Shown here: positions 45,120-53,085 of the stretch, one piece after another
Layout: the number at the start of each line of letters is the position of its first letter
Position numbering within the stretch: position 1 is the first letter of the stretch
IMG/VR virus record: IMGVR_UViG_3300021389_000031
Location: 1-53,085 of that record
From: a virus
Taxonomy: Duplodnaviria; Caudoviricetes
Length of the DNA stretch: 53,085 bases
Strand: one strand, 5' to 3'
Position numbers and translations under genes: made by a program
The notes under the pieces: generated by a model
What the model saw: the letters and a program-made list of their open reading frames with translations, nothing else
What the model was told of the DNA's origin: nothing
Database searches by the model: none

Positions 45120-45686
45120 TCAATGGATATCTGCGTATCGCACACCGAATTGTGGATCAACGTCCAGAGGGACGTTTAGGTTCAGTCGTTTGTTAACTTT
45201 AGCAATAGCCAACTTCATCTTGTTGTAAGTGTCTTGCTGATCTCCATCTTTGATTTTGACAATAGTTTCGTCGTGGAACTGCCCTATACCCTTAAGTCCC
45301 ACAGACCAACATTGAGCAAGCCATGAGTCAAAGCAGTAGACCCCTGTACTCTGGTTCAAGGAAGAGAACACATCTTTCTCATACCGAAGGCTAATCCAGA
45401 AATTAGACACAGGGTTCTTAACCCACATCTGCCCATTGATCCTGCGAATAGGTTGAGCTTCCGAAAAGGCTTTGACTGCCCAGTTCCTATCCCAGTATGC
45501 CCTAATAAGGTCTGCACATTCCTGTTCTGGCATACCTGTTGTACGGGCTAGTTTGACCTTGCCTACCCCATAGATAGCACTGTAATTTACTGCCTTAAAC
45601 CGTTTCCTTACAGCTTTCAATCGGAGATATATGGCCTCCTGCTCTGGCTTGCTTAACTTCTTCATCTCTCCTAAAGTTAACTGCAT
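45120..45686 (-). CDS. polA: DNA polymerase A, C-terminal part (motifs B and C)
   Basis: R...K.VNY...YG (motif B), NQSTG, QFHDE (motif C); own GAGGA RBS. Confidence 0.9.
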   Translation of the reverse strand: MQLTLGEMKKLSKPEQEAIYLRLKAVRKRFKAVNYSAIYGVGKVKLARTTGMPEQECADLIRAYWDRNWAVKAFSEAQPIRRINGQMWVKNPVSNFWISLRYEKDVFSSLNQSTGVYCFDSWLAQCWSVGLKGIGQFHDETIVKIKDGDQQDTYNKMKLAIAKVNKRLNLNVPLDVDPQFGVRYADIH

Positions 45687-46137
45687 CAATTGCTTCCTCT
45701 AGTTTATCAAACCTACCTAAGTACTCTTTCTTTTTATTTAAGTAAAAAGACGCATCATACTTACCTTTATGGTAGTGAACACCCTTAGTGCCAGTCTTAT
45801 TATTGCGCCTAGCATATGTGTTAAAGGCATTTAGCTGTTTATCAGCGCCCCTCAGGTTGCTTGGGAGATTGTTAGACGTATTCCGATCAATGTGATCCAC
45901 ACAAGCAGGTAAGTACCCGTTACTGATAAAGAAGATAATCCTATGCACTAGCATCCTATATCGGAGACCATCTTCTGTCTTAAAGTTGACTTGTAAGTAT
46001 CCATTTTTATCAGGTGACCCAAGTGGCCTACCTGCAACCCTTGAGTTACTCTCCTCCCGTCTCCATGAAACAGGTTTGCCAAAAAGGACCCCATCCCGGA
46101 TCTCGAACAGTTCCTCTAGTTGTTCCCTTCGTACCAT
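45595..46137 (-). CDS. HNH-AP2 homing endonuclease inserted in polA
   Basis: HRII..VDHIDRN..NN..SNLR HNH; N.TG.KGV..YLGRF...EEA AP2-like domain. Confidence 0.9.
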   Translation of the reverse strand: MVRREQLEELFEIRDGVLFGKPVSWRREESNSRVAGRPLGSPDKNGYLQVNFKTEDGLRYRMLVHRIIFFISNGYLPACVDHIDRNTSNNLPSNLRGADKQLNAFNTYARRNNKTGTKGVHYHKGKYDASFYLNKKKEYLGRFDKLEEAIDAVNFRRDEEVKQARAGGHISPIESCKETV

Positions 46138-47462
46138 ATGTAAAATTGCTCCTCATCTGAAGTAATAACCCCCGCAAATTTTGAGAGGTTAATGTGCTCG
46201 TCAAACCCCGGCTTAGACATCTCCTCTACGTAGTCTGGATCATACGGGTGCATGTAGTGTCTCTTTGTAGTGGATTCTAGAGAGACCATATCTGCCCCAC
46301 AAAGTAATTCCCCTTCTTCGCAAGTTAGAGATCCCCGTATTTCTTTACCCCAAGGTTTATCAACCCCCGGGAGGTTCACGAGCGGTTTAGAGTGTTTGAA
46401 CCGAAGTGTGTTAGTAAGACCTGCAATCTCTGCCTTCACGTAGCCGTTGATGTGGCTATCAAGGATACCTTGAAAGGTCGCCAGTCTGTGTTGCAAGACA
46501 GTTAGTCCATCGAGAACCTCTACTGCAGGGTCTACATCAATCAGGAGTTTGACCGAAGGTGTAAGCTCTCCATCTTTTCTGACTTGTGGGACTTGTCGTT
46601 CCACCCCCTCATCGTTTGTCTTGTAGTCGAAGGTGCAAGGTTGCCACCCCAGAGAGTATAGCCATGCCTTAACTTGATCGGAGCTTCCGGGGTTAGCTTC
46701 CTCTTCCTTATCAAGGACCTTTACGGGTTCGTCATGAGTACGGTCAAGGCCAAGATCATCAAGAGTAGCGAACCAACGATCCCCAAGTACGGAGGGGGTC
46801 CCGTCTTTTTTGAAGGGGTTCTTCGGTTTTGTGACAACCTTGTACTTCTTGTTCTTTGGCATAACCTTTGTGAGTTCAACTGTCTTCTCCTCTTTGAGTT
46901 GGGTAAGGGTTTCTATAGAAGACCTCACCAGATCCAAATCAACCTTCCAGCCAACTTGCTCTTGATAGGCTGCACACTCCATCTTGAAGGAGAGATACTT
47001 GAGAAACCTGTCAGCCTCTTTCTTGTCCTTATAGAGAAACATCAGACGCTTGGTCAAGTCTTTCCAGAGCTTCCAGTTGATTTTGACATCTTCTGCACAG
47101 CGATGCCCGTACTCTTCTTTAGTAAGACTCTTCCAATCCTCGACATGTGGTTTGGGGACTCCGTACTTCTCCCCATAGAACTCTAGACCATGCTTGAGTT
47201 GATCGTGATCTAGGTACCAAGCCAGTGGTAGTGTGTCGTAAAAAGTGGCTGTGATATCTACACCAAGGATCTTCTTGATAACCCTCTTGTCGTACCGGAT
47301 ACCGTTGTGGGCGACAAGCCAATTTGCACTGGTCAAGAAGTCCCGCATGTCACCGTAGTCATACAAGACCGTAGGCTCTTCCCCAGCACGGGTGTAGGCT
47401 AGGCAGTGGATCTTGGTTGCGCCCTCATACAGATCGTCTGCTTCAATGTCGAATACTGCCAA
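46116..47462 (-). CDS. polA: DNA polymerase A, N-terminal part (3'-5' exonuclease, thumb, motif A)
   Basis: TTG 47462 after GGAGG; FDIEAD, HNGI.YD, C..DV exonuclease motifs; T.RF.H..P.VNLP; GADM.SLE motif A. Confidence 0.9.
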   Translation of the reverse strand: MAVFDIEADDLYEGATKIHCLAYTRAGEEPTVLYDYGDMRDFLTSANWLVAHNGIRYDKRVIKKILGVDITATFYDTLPLAWYLDHDQLKHGLEFYGEKYGVPKPHVEDWKSLTKEEYGHRCAEDVKINWKLWKDLTKRLMFLYKDKKEADRFLKYLSFKMECAAYQEQVGWKVDLDLVRSSIETLTQLKEEKTVELTKVMPKNKKYKVVTKPKNPFKKDGTPSVLGDRWFATLDDLGLDRTHDEPVKVLDKEEEANPGSSDQVKAWLYSLGWQPCTFDYKTNDEGVERQVPQVRKDGELTPSVKLLIDVDPAVEVLDGLTVLQHRLATFQGILDSHINGYVKAEIAGLTNTLRFKHSKPLVNLPGVDKPWGKEIRGSLTCEEGELLCGADMVSLESTTKRHYMHPYDPDYVEEMSKPGFDEHINLSKFAGVITSDEEQFYIWYEGNN

Positions 47463-47463
47463 G

Positions 47464-47784
47464 TCATTCCTCCAGTTCTCCTTGAATTGAAAGGATAAGG
47501 TCGGGGACATCTCCTGTCAAGACTGTGACCCCTTGATCCTTGTACATATATAGCACACTCCAACCATATGGATCGTATCCATAGGAGTCTTTACCACACC
47601 TATAGATCGAACCACTATACCCCAAGAACTCATAGAAGTTCGAGTGTTCTACAATCTTTGTGATGCCACTGTTAAACCTCCAACTATGGCCAACAAGATA
47701 ACCGCCTGACCAAGTGCCGAACACCCGATAACAATTGGGGGTTTTCACTAGGACCCACCTATCTGGTGTATAAATGCTAACCAT
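47464..47784 (-). CDS. Conserved hypothetical phage protein
   Basis: PDRWV...W.GGYL...SWR.NSGI....G.SGS.Y.C. Confidence 0.75.
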   Translation of the reverse strand: MVSIYTPDRWVLVKTPNCYRVFGTWSGGYLVGHSWRFNSGITKIVEHSNFYEFLGYSGSIYRCGKDSYGYDPYGWSVLYMYKDQGVTVLTGDVPDLILSIQGELEE

Positions 47785-47877
47785 AGAAGGTATCCATCAG
47801 GTCAAAGAACACCCAGAGCACTGCAAGGTCCCAGAGTGCAATACGGGGTTTATCCAAAAAGTTCCAGATCTTTTTCA

Positions 47878-49446
47878 TTAGTCCACCTCTGTCAAGATAG
47901 TTGTTTCAGGTTCATAGTAAACCCCACCAGCGTCTCCAAGCTTACTGAAGGGGCGGTTTTTGTCGATCACGAACCTCGTGGTGTTCTGTAGGATCTCATC
48001 GTCGCTGTCAAGATCCCGCTCTAGCAACACACAGATAATTGCTTCCTCCTCTAGTGCAGCCGCATACTTTGTTCGCCCGTCATCGTTGACTTGGGAGATG
48101 AAGATAACCCCGATGTTCAACTCTTTTGCAAGCTGTGCCATACGTGATCCAAGTGCCGTAAGTAGTGAAGTAGCACCATCTGTACCCGCCGCAGAAAGGT
48201 AAGCCAACCGCTGCACGTGGTCAATGAAGATGTAGCTTGCACCATAGACAGAGGCAGCAAGTCGAACATACTCCAAGACTTTCATGGGATCATCACTTGC
48301 CCTCATCTCAAAGATGATAGTACGTTCACCTTTAGTAGCTTTGAGGGCTGCTTCCATGACAGCTTCTTCAGTGATGCCATTCCACTTAGCGTCATCCCTT
48401 GTACGTACATTGACCCCAAGTTCATAGGTAGCCATTGCACGATAGGTTGTAGATTTCATCTCCTCGGCGTGTAACATTGCAATACGAGCATCCTCAGACT
48501 TCAGGATACCTGTCTCAAAGTACCGGATAAGTTCGGTCTTACCAGTTCCACGAGGGGCTTTGATAAAGGTGATGCCCCCTTTGACAAGTCCGCGCATCTT
48601 ATCGTCCCAACCTTGGTGACCTGTCGGGACATACTCGTAAGGATTTTCCTCTAGAAGTGCCTTCTTCACATCCTCATCTGTGCAGAAGAAGTTGTCTGGT
48701 GCATATCGTTGTGGCTTGAGTGCAGCCCACTTCAGGTCTGTCTCATCCCCGGCTTGTAGGAAGTCGTTAGCGTCCTTGTGCTTAGTGAGTGGGACATACC
48801 AGAACTTCTCTGGGATAGCCGCGTAGAGGCGCTCTGCGGCCTTCCTGCCCGCATCATCAAGCTCCCCGGCATACACCACCTCTTGAAAGGAGGAGATGTA
48901 CCCAATGTTCTTCTTGATAAACTTCTCCCCGATACTAGCAGAGGGTATTGACATAACTGGGTAAGTCTTACCTAAAGCTTGGTACAACGACGCACTATCA
49001 AATTCCCCTTCTGAGAGATAGAGACGCTTCCCCCCTGCATTAAAGTCTGGGCCGAACAGGTCGTCCATAGGTACCCCAGATTCTTTAACCCAGAAGACCT
49101 TCTCATCATAGCCACGGTATTTGATGTTGTTTTTGTGTTTGAAGGCATACCTTACCGGATTACCATCTTCATCAAGTTGCAGTTGGATGCCGTAGATCTT
49201 TGCCACCTCTGGGTCAATAGATCGAATACCTTCATAGGTAGACTTGACCACTGGCCTTTTTCTTACATCCAACTTCTTCTCCTTTGTAGGGTAGGTCTCT
49301 TTAGCCCAGTCATATGTAGCTCGCTTAGAGGGGTAGGCTTCCCCACAGCTATGACACATCCCTACACAGAGTTCCTCGTTGTAGGAGAATGCGTCAGAAG
49401 AGCCGCAGCTAGGGTATGGACAGGGTTGGTGCGCTACTTCAGTCAT
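47878..49446 (-). CDS. Primase-helicase (T7 gp4-like)
   Basis: CP..CGSSDA..CHSC zinc finger, EGEFD TOPRIM, KDAND, A.RGTGKT, IFIDH, KNR. Confidence 0.9.
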   Translation of the reverse strand: MTEVAHQPCPYPSCGSSDAFSYNEELCVGMCHSCGEAYPSKRATYDWAKETYPTKEKKLDVRKRPVVKSTYEGIRSIDPEVAKIYGIQLQLDEDGNPVRYAFKHKNNIKYRGYDEKVFWVKESGVPMDDLFGPDFNAGGKRLYLSEGEFDSASLYQALGKTYPVMSIPSASIGEKFIKKNIGYISSFQEVVYAGELDDAGRKAAERLYAAIPEKFWYVPLTKHKDANDFLQAGDETDLKWAALKPQRYAPDNFFCTDEDVKKALLEENPYEYVPTGHQGWDDKMRGLVKGGITFIKAPRGTGKTELIRYFETGILKSEDARIAMLHAEEMKSTTYRAMATYELGVNVRTRDDAKWNGITEEAVMEAALKATKGERTIIFEMRASDDPMKVLEYVRLAASVYGASYIFIDHVQRLAYLSAAGTDGATSLLTALGSRMAQLAKELNIGVIFISQVNDDGRTKYAAALEEEAIICVLLERDLDSDDEILQNTTRFVIDKNRPFSKLGDAGGVYYEPETTILTEVD

Positions 49447-49613
49447 CCTTTCACCAATATATAATCAGGACCCGACACACCAATATCGTAGCAGACAAGA
49501 AGTTTGTAGTTTACCCCTGCAATTAAAAACCTACACCCATCCATAGAGGGATCTAGTTCTAACTTATTAAAGTCTTCCCTGCAGGTTAACGTAATCAACA
49601 TTACACACCCCTT

Positions 49614-49883
49614 TCAGTTCTTAGAGGGTTTTGTTGCGGCCTTTACGGCCCACATTGCCGCGCTCTCAATTTCGGTCTGCGCGAGTGCCTTTAAGCGGCC
49701 CACCTCAGCACTTTGCGGGTCTACAACAGATGCTTTACCAAGCCCACTCACACTGTCAAGTTTAGGTAGAGGGATTGCTTCAATCAGGTCGATTAGATCA
49801 GCCGCAGCACGTTTGATTTTACCTACTGTGTCTTCATTGCTGGGGTTGAAGTTGATCCCCACTTTGTATTCACCCTTAGTCAT
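49614..49883 (-). CDS. Acb2/Tad1-like hairpin protein (candidate anti-defence sponge)
   Basis: R..ALAQT.IE.AAMWAVKA C-terminal helix, 89 aa. Confidence 0.6.
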   Translation of the reverse strand: MTKGEYKVGINFNPSNEDTVGKIKRAAADLIDLIEAIPLPKLDSVSGLGKASVVDPQSAEVGRLKALAQTEIESAAMWAVKAATKPSKN

Positions 49884-49884
49884 T

Positions 49885-50070
49885 TTAGATATCTCCCATA
49901 TCTTTGAGCCAGATCAACTTTAGTTTCCCTTTGGTGGTTTGTATATATAGGTCTCCATCATCCCAACCATAATTACCAACCCTAACAGGGTATTTACCAC
50001 AGGGATGACCCATTAGGTCCACACTACACATACCTTTTCTTAGTTCAATTGTATCACCTATCTTGGTCAC
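49885..50070 (-). CDS. Hypothetical protein
   Basis: 61-aa ORF in the early cluster. Confidence 0.5.
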   Translation of the reverse strand: MTKIGDTIELRKGMCSVDLMGHPCGKYPVRVGNYGWDDGDLYIQTTKGKLKLIWLKDMGDI

Positions 50071-50106
50071 GGTTCAACCCCTAGGCTACATGCAGGCAGT
50101 GCTACT

Positions 50107-50292
50107 TCAGTCAACAGTTCTACTCCAATCAGTCTCGTAATTTCCCTCTAGGGTTCGGAGGATACTTCTTACATAGACTTTAAGGATACCTTGCGCAGCT
50201 TCACTGTTAGGAACCTCTAACATTGCTTTCAAATCAGCGACAATATTCCTCAAGGTTTCCTCTAGGTCTAACCTAGCCTCATTAGCATCCAC
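50107..50292 (-). CDS. Hypothetical protein
   Basis: 61-aa ORF; start uncertain. Confidence 0.45.
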   Translation of the reverse strand: MDANEARLDLEETLRNIVADLKAMLEVPNSEAAQGILKVYVRSILRTLEGNYETDWSRTVD

Positions 50293-50452
50293 ATAGAGTT
50301 GAAAGTTCTCTTGTGCCTGCCCTTCAGAGGCTAGAACCTATAGAGACATCTCTCGAAGTTCTTTCTTAAGATCCTCAATACGTTCAATTGCAACTAGCGG
50401 TGTGCGGCTACCAGTGCCAACGCTAAGGTCGTGTAGTCGTTCTAAGAGAGTG

Positions 50453-50764
50453 TCACTCATTGTTTGAATCCAACCACTCAAGTGTTTCTTTTTGCAGGTC
50501 TTCAAGAATCTCCCCAACATCCTTGTAGAGGGTCAAGTCATGATGTCTACCGTTGTCCTTCATGTTGAAAGCATAGCTATGTGCCTTCATACCGTTAATC
50601 ACCATTGGGTCATAGGTTTTACCACAAGGGGTATCTCCGGTTAACTTCCACATAAGATCTGTGCAAGCTAGGGCGTACCCTTCAATCATAAGGGCTGTTG
50701 CAGTATCTATATCCTCTAGGCCCCTAATTTCTGAAGGACTAAACTCATAAGGTTTACGTAGCAT
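50453..50764 (-). CDS. Hypothetical protein
   Basis: Probable start MLRKPYEF after AAGGAGAG. Confidence 0.6.
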   Translation of the reverse strand: MLRKPYEFSPSEIRGLEDIDTATALMIEGYALACTDLMWKLTGDTPCGKTYDPMVINGMKAHSYAFNMKDNGRHHDLTLYKDVGEILEDLQKETLEWLDSNNE

Positions 50765-51126
50765 AACTTCTCTCCTTTCAGTTCTGCGAGGGATTTCTTT
50801 ATTAAAACTCGACAATCTGCGTCACTGTAGACAGGATACATCTCTAGAAAGTGTTTGGCGCTTTCAATAACAGCCCCCAACTCTTCAATACGGCTGCGTT
50901 GCTGTTCGGATACATGTTCAGCCCTCCGTTCAACCCGCATGGGTTTCGGCTTGGCGCGGTATGTATAGTTACCTCCGAACACAGGGTTTGTGGCATCCAA
51001 CCACCGTCCAACATAATTCAAATATAGCACCTCCGGCTCGGACCTCATTCTGGCCTGCGTGTCGGCATCCAGCAGGCACCAAGGCGTTGTGATGTCGGTC
51101 AGGTCGTCGTAGTGGATTTCGGTCAT
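50716..51126 (-). CDS. Hypothetical protein (possibly chimeric)
   Basis: Probable start MTEIHY after GGAG; TYRAKP motif; GC content drops mid-ORF. Confidence 0.5.
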   Translation of the reverse strand: MTEIHYDDLTDITTPWCLLDADTQARMRSEPEVLYLNYVGRWLDATNPVFGGNYTYRAKPKPMRVERRAEHVSEQQRSRIEELGAVIESAKHFLEMYPVYSDADCRVLIKKSLAELKGEKLCYVNLMSLVLQKLGA

Positions 51127-51163
51127 GTCAGGCTCCATACGTTCCAGATGATCGTGGCAATCA

Positions 51164-51352
51164 TCACGCACCGCCTTTCTTCGTCACCGTGTAACCCATC
51201 ATGTCGGCCAGCTTGGCGAATTGATCGTGAGCGCATTGGGCGTAGTATTGAGCGGCGTTCATATCGCGGCTCTCAAAATGTGCGGAGACGTTCATGTAGT
51301 ATGCCACTTCGCCAGCGAAGTATTTTGCGCGCCATTTTTCAGTTTGTGTCAT
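51164..51352 (-). CDS. Hypothetical protein
   Basis: MTQTEKWRAK...; GC-rich. Confidence 0.5.
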   Translation of the reverse strand: MTQTEKWRAKYFAGEVAYYMNVSAHFESRDMNAAQYYAQCAHDQFAKLADMMGYTVTKKGGA

Positions 51353-51531
51353 TCGTTCAGTCCCTTTAGGAGATTCTCTGCATCTTTCTGCCAGCACAAT
51401 ACTAGCAGAGCATCGGTTACCGGGTCAAGTTCATCCCTAGGGTCGGACAACAAAGACTGTGTCTGTATCTTGAAGTCCTCTTTAACGAACTCCTCTAGGA
51501 AGTCTAACAGTTTTTGTAGTTTAGTTGTCAT
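51349..51531 (-). CDS. Hypothetical protein
   Basis: 60-aa coupled ORF. Confidence 0.5.
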   Translation of the reverse strand: MTTKLQKLLDFLEEFVKEDFKIQTQSLLSDPRDELDPVTDALLVLCWQKDAENLLKGLNE

Positions 51532-51765
51532 AGCATACCACCGAACCTTGAAGAGTCATCTCTCTTAGTGTGAGGTCTGCACCAACCGTAAGACCCCCTA
51601 AGGACCCTACAAATAGACCTGCCAAAAAGAATATTATTGCTACTGCCTTCTCTGTGTCAGCCATAATCTTCTTCCTCTTCATCCTCACAAGGTTCATCAA
51701 CAAACCTCTCACATTCAACGCAGAAGTAGTCAGCCTCTGCACTCTCATTATGATTCACTACAAGC

Positions 51766-51948
51766 TCACACATCTTCAACCCTCTTGAATTTAGATACGA
51801 GATTAGTCACAATATCCTCAAAACCATCAGAACCTTTAAGGCACAAGGAACCTTTCTGGTTCACAAAGCACACATAGGTTTGCCCTTTTTTGTAGGCATT
51901 GGATTTTTGGTCTGTGCAGATATAGGTCTCACCTTTTTGAAACTTCAT
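51766..51948 (-). CDS. Hypothetical protein
   Basis: GGAGG RBS; 60 aa. Confidence 0.6.
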   Translation of the reverse strand: MKFQKGETYICTDQKSNAYKKGQTYVCFVNQKGSLCLKGSDGFEDIVTNLVSKFKRVEDV

Positions 51949-51962
51949 TAGTATACCTCCAC

Positions 51963-52154
51963 CTAAATCTTTTCAAGTTTTTTGTAGTCTTCGCACCTGC
52001 CAGAATAGTCTGAAAAAGCTATAGGTGCATACTCCATCCCAAAAGACTTGGCCCACCTCTCCGAACCAATTCTATCGTCTTCTGAGAAGAACCTAAAGCA
52101 TTCCTCATTCACGCAGTCAGATTTGCAGAAAGTTTTGTCTTTGTAGCACAACAT
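51963..52154 (-). CDS. Small Cys-rich protein
   Basis: AAGGAG RBS; CYKDKTFC..DC.N..C.R...C. Confidence 0.65.
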   Translation of the reverse strand: MLCYKDKTFCKSDCVNEECFRFFSEDDRIGSERWAKSFGMEYAPIAFSDYSGRCEDYKKLEKI

Positions 52155-52196
52155 TTTTGTTGCTCCTTATGTGAACTTAAGGTACCCTAGAGTTTT

Positions 52197-52212
52197 GTTA
52201 AATTTATCTTAA
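52197..52212 (-). promoter_or_regulatory. CtrA box TTAA-N7-TTAAC
   Basis: Minus strand TTAA-GATAAAT-TTAAC, with further TTAA half-sites at 52219, 52231 and 52243. Confidence 0.5.
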
Positions 52213-52253
52213 ATGGTGTTAATGGTATACTTAAAGAATACATTAAGTATTCT

Positions 52254-52282
52254 TATATAGAAGCCACTTTCACCTTTTCAAG
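52254..52282 (-). promoter_or_regulatory. Leftward promoter
   Basis: CTTGAAA-N15-CTATATA on the minus strand (alphaproteobacterial CTTG...CTATAT type). Confidence 0.55.
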
Positions 52283-52383
52283 ACCTTAACCAAACTTTAT
52301 TTTCACCTCAAGATTTTACTTCTATGTGGGGCCTTTAGGTCTCCTAGGTAACCCACCATACCCAAGAGACCTAGTTGGGCTTC

Positions 52384-52599
52384 CTAGGTCCCTCTCCGGG
52401 CCTCTGGGGACCTATCTAGGTGGTATAGGTAGACCAACTCTAGATCTTCCAGACCATCCAGACTGTCAACAGCTTCCCAGATAGTTACCTTGTCACCGTA
52501 GTTACCTTCTTGTTCAGCGAAGTGGTGAGCTTCTGTAAGTGTGTCTGTGTGGCACTCTGAGGTGTTACCAACCCTTACATGGTAGTAAATCAAACTCAA
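52384..52599 (-). CDS. Hypothetical protein
   Basis: 71 aa, GGAGG RBS, coupled to the pentapeptide gene stop. Confidence 0.55.
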   Translation of the reverse strand: MSLIYYHVRVGNTSECHTDTLTEAHHFAEQEGNYGDKVTIWEAVDSLDGLEDLELVYLYHLDRSPEARRGT

Positions 52600-53085
52600 T
52601 AGTCCTCCGCTTCTTGTTTAGTCATAAAGAAGTGAATGCCGTTAGTGCATTCAACCCTGATGTCCCCATCATATTGATCGGGGAAGACTTCTTCCCCAAC
52701 CTTATAGAAGGTCTTCCCTGTGTACTTATCATAGCCTTCAGGACCCTCAAGGACAATAACATAGCTTGCTCGACATTTGCGACCCACTAGGGTTGAAGTC
52801 CTTTGGGCATGTTCAGGTATCATAAGCTTGATGACCCCGGTTTGGATCTTCTTGTAGCCCACAAAGGATACCCCTTGAGGGTAGATCTGGAAGTCCGGTA
52901 GTTTGGTGTCTGTAAGGTTAGCCCCCTGAAGGCTAGCCCTCTGGAGGTTAGCCCCCTCAAGGTTAGCCCCCTGAAGGTTAGCCACATGAAGGTTAGCCCC
53001 ACGAAGGTTAGCCCACCGAAGGTTAACCCCCTGAAGGTTAGCCCCACGAAGGTCGGCCCCCTGAAGGTTAGCCCTCTGGAGGTTA
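52596..53085 (-). CDS. Pentapeptide-repeat protein, 3' part with DUF5758-like C-domain
   Basis: About 12 A(N/D)Lxx repeats then F.GYKK..I.KL.IP..A.R....RKCRA...EC..GIHFFMT..EA..Y. Confidence 0.88.
   Translation of the reverse strand, partial: NLQRANLQGADLRGANLQGVNLRWANLRGANLHVANLQGANLEGANLQRASLQGANLTDTKLPDFQIYPQGVSFVGYKKIQTGVIKLMIPEHAQRTSTLVGRKCRASYVIVLEGPEGYDKYTGKTFYKVGEEVFPDQYDGDIRVECTNGIHFFMTKQEAEDY

Noticed and set aside
45595-46137. Group I intron or intein in polA
   Set aside because: No non-coding flanks for a ribozyme core, the HNH is in a different frame with a stop in polA, and there are no intein terminal residues; not formally excluded without a covariance search.
52820-53047. 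75-aa GLTFR-repeat ORF
   Set aside because: Alternative-frame shadow of the pentapeptide repeats.
53018-53085. Direct terminal repeat of the phage
   Set aside because: The 61-bp identity with 41-101 is internal to a coding repeat and diverges on both sides; it explains an assembly break, not physical ends.

Overview
The window appears to be an essentially complete ~53 kb genome of a podovirus-type tailed phage, probably infecting Alphaproteobacteria (Rhodobacteraceae-like). It is broken inside a pentapeptide-repeat gene that runs off both ends, so it is probably circularly permuted. The + strand arm (about 2950-36770) holds a lysis cassette, GTA-like head-spike genes, terminase, a tailspike cassette, portal, scaffold, tRNA-Thr, major capsid, tail and fibre genes and internal virion proteins. 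These head genes resemble HMO-2011-type marine podoviruses (from recall). The - strand arm (about 36800-53085 plus 1-1570) holds PhoH, class II RNR, MazG, metallophosphoesterase, nucleases, ThyX, SSB, a split family-A DNA polymerase, a T7-like primase-helicase and small early genes. I could not recognise an RNA polymerase, integrase or repressor. Most notable: (1) the tailspike cassette is flanked by a diverged duplicate of the terminase 3' end; (2) polA is split by an HNH-AP2 gene with no room for an intron; (3) there are alphaproteobacterial LexA and CtrA boxes in early regulatory regions; (4) related RNA hairpins recur in the leaders of head genes; (5) there is an Acb2/Tad1-like anti-defence candidate. 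All family assignments come from motif recognition, not database searches.
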